DNA from: Myxococcales bacterium | GTDB lineage: Bacteria > Myxococcota_A > Polyangia > Polyangiales > DASUME01 | Assembly: GCA_047601445.1 (NCBI GenBank) | Contig: JASGJH010000001.1 | Location: forward strand, 6,624,001-6,688,000 | Direction: 5' to 3' | DNA length: 64,000 bases | Translations under genes and position numbers: made by a program | Part shown: positions 63,312 to 64,000 of the stretch, piece after piece | Layout of the letters: each line of letters begins with the position of its first letter | How positions within the stretch are numbered: position 1 is the first letter of the stretch | Notes under the pieces: model-generated | Told to the model about the DNA's origin: nothing | The model's database searches: none | The model's input: only the letters and a program-made list of their open reading frames with translations

Positions 63312-64000
63312 CTACTTCACGATCGCCTTCGCCACGGCTTCGGACAACACGGTCACCACGTCGAGCCCGGTGAGGTCTGCGCCCGAGAGCGCCGTACTGG
63401 CCACGTCCGCGGAGCCGCCGATGCGTGTGAATACGATCTCGTGCTCGGGGTCCACGCCGATGACCTGTCCGCCCAGTCCCAGTGCGGCGAAGGTCGTGTC
63501 GGGCAGGGCGGGCATTTGCTTGCCGTCGCCTTCGCGCCGACCCGGTGAAGAGGGCAACACGTAGTGACCCGGTTGGTTGAGCCACCACAGATAACCGTAA
63601 GCCGAGTTGAGTTCGGTGGAGATGGAGGTGGCCTCCGCGACCCAGGCCTCGGAGACGATGCGCTTGCCGTCGGCCCACTCGCCCTTGCGCAGAAACAGAT
63701 AGCCGAAGCGCGCGAGGTCGCGGCAAGAGGCACTCAGGTCGGCGAACATCACGCTGTTGCCCGCGCCGTCGTGGCCCATGTGGGACTTCATGCCGATGGG
63801 CTCGAGCAGGTTGGTGCGAGCGTAGTCGGCCACATCACTCACGCCGAGCGAGACCTTGAGCACGCGCTCGAGGGTCTGAATCGCGCTGTTGTTGTACTCC
63901 CAGTAGCTCCCGGGATCGTGGTCTTGTCCGAGGTCGATGGCGAACTGGGTCTTGTCGCTGGCGCCTGCGGCCATGCGCACGTAGTCGGTGAGGAAGCTCC
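63312..64000 (-). CDS. Serine hydrolase (beta-lactamase class C-like), C-terminal part; 5' end outside the window
   Basis: YNN (YxN), LLEPIGM, RDLARFGYLFL, YGYLWW, ALGLGGQ. Confidence 0.88.
   Translation of the reverse strand, partial: SFLTDYVRMAAGASDKTQFAIDLGQDHDPGSYWEYNNSAIQTLERVLKVSLGVSDVADYARTNLLEPIGMKSHMGHDGAGNSVMFADLSASCRDLARFGYLFLRKGEWADGKRIVSEAWVAEATSISTELNSAYGYLWWLNQPGHYVLPSSPGRREGDGKQMPALPDTTFAALGLGGQVIGVDPEHEIVFTRIGGSADVASTALSGADLTGLDVVTVLSEAVAKAIVK

Overview
High-GC bacterial chromosomal segment. Cys-rich lipoproteins, PEGA/TPR proteins and a Hanks-type kinase suggest Myxococcota, probably Polyangia (inference). 1-2.5 kb: a 5'-truncated Ser/Thr kinase and a TPR-like gene. 2.8-21.6 kb: the str-S10-spc-alpha ribosomal superoperon with several irregularities: no rplC, rpsN or map at the usual positions, an EF-Tu with a non-canonical switch I, a divergent IF-1, insertions in S12/S17/L6/L17, and a ~300 bp structured rpsG-fusA spacer. 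21.9-33 kb: glycosylation genes, lipoproteins (one interrupted by an in-frame TAG), a methyltransferase and acyP. 33-36.3 kb: a four-copy repeat cluster, then rpmE-DUF1385-prfA-ribA. 36.5-43.7 kb: an imelysin / di-heme protein / imelysin-like operon, a convergent HTTM (gamma-carboxylase-like) gene and a PhoX-like lipoprotein. 44-57.7 kb: hypothetical proteins, a metallophosphoesterase, a GH26-like hydrolase and two tandem ZU5-like lipoproteins with HFS motifs. 58-61.8 kb: a coupled class-III aminotransferase + LuxE-like + LuxC-like operon without luciferase; this possible carboxylate-to-amine pathway is the best candidate for an undescribed system. The window ends with a frameshifted amidohydrolase and a partial serine hydrolase. 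I recognised no rRNA, tRNA, CRISPR array or transposase. All family assignments come from motif recognition by eye, not database searches.
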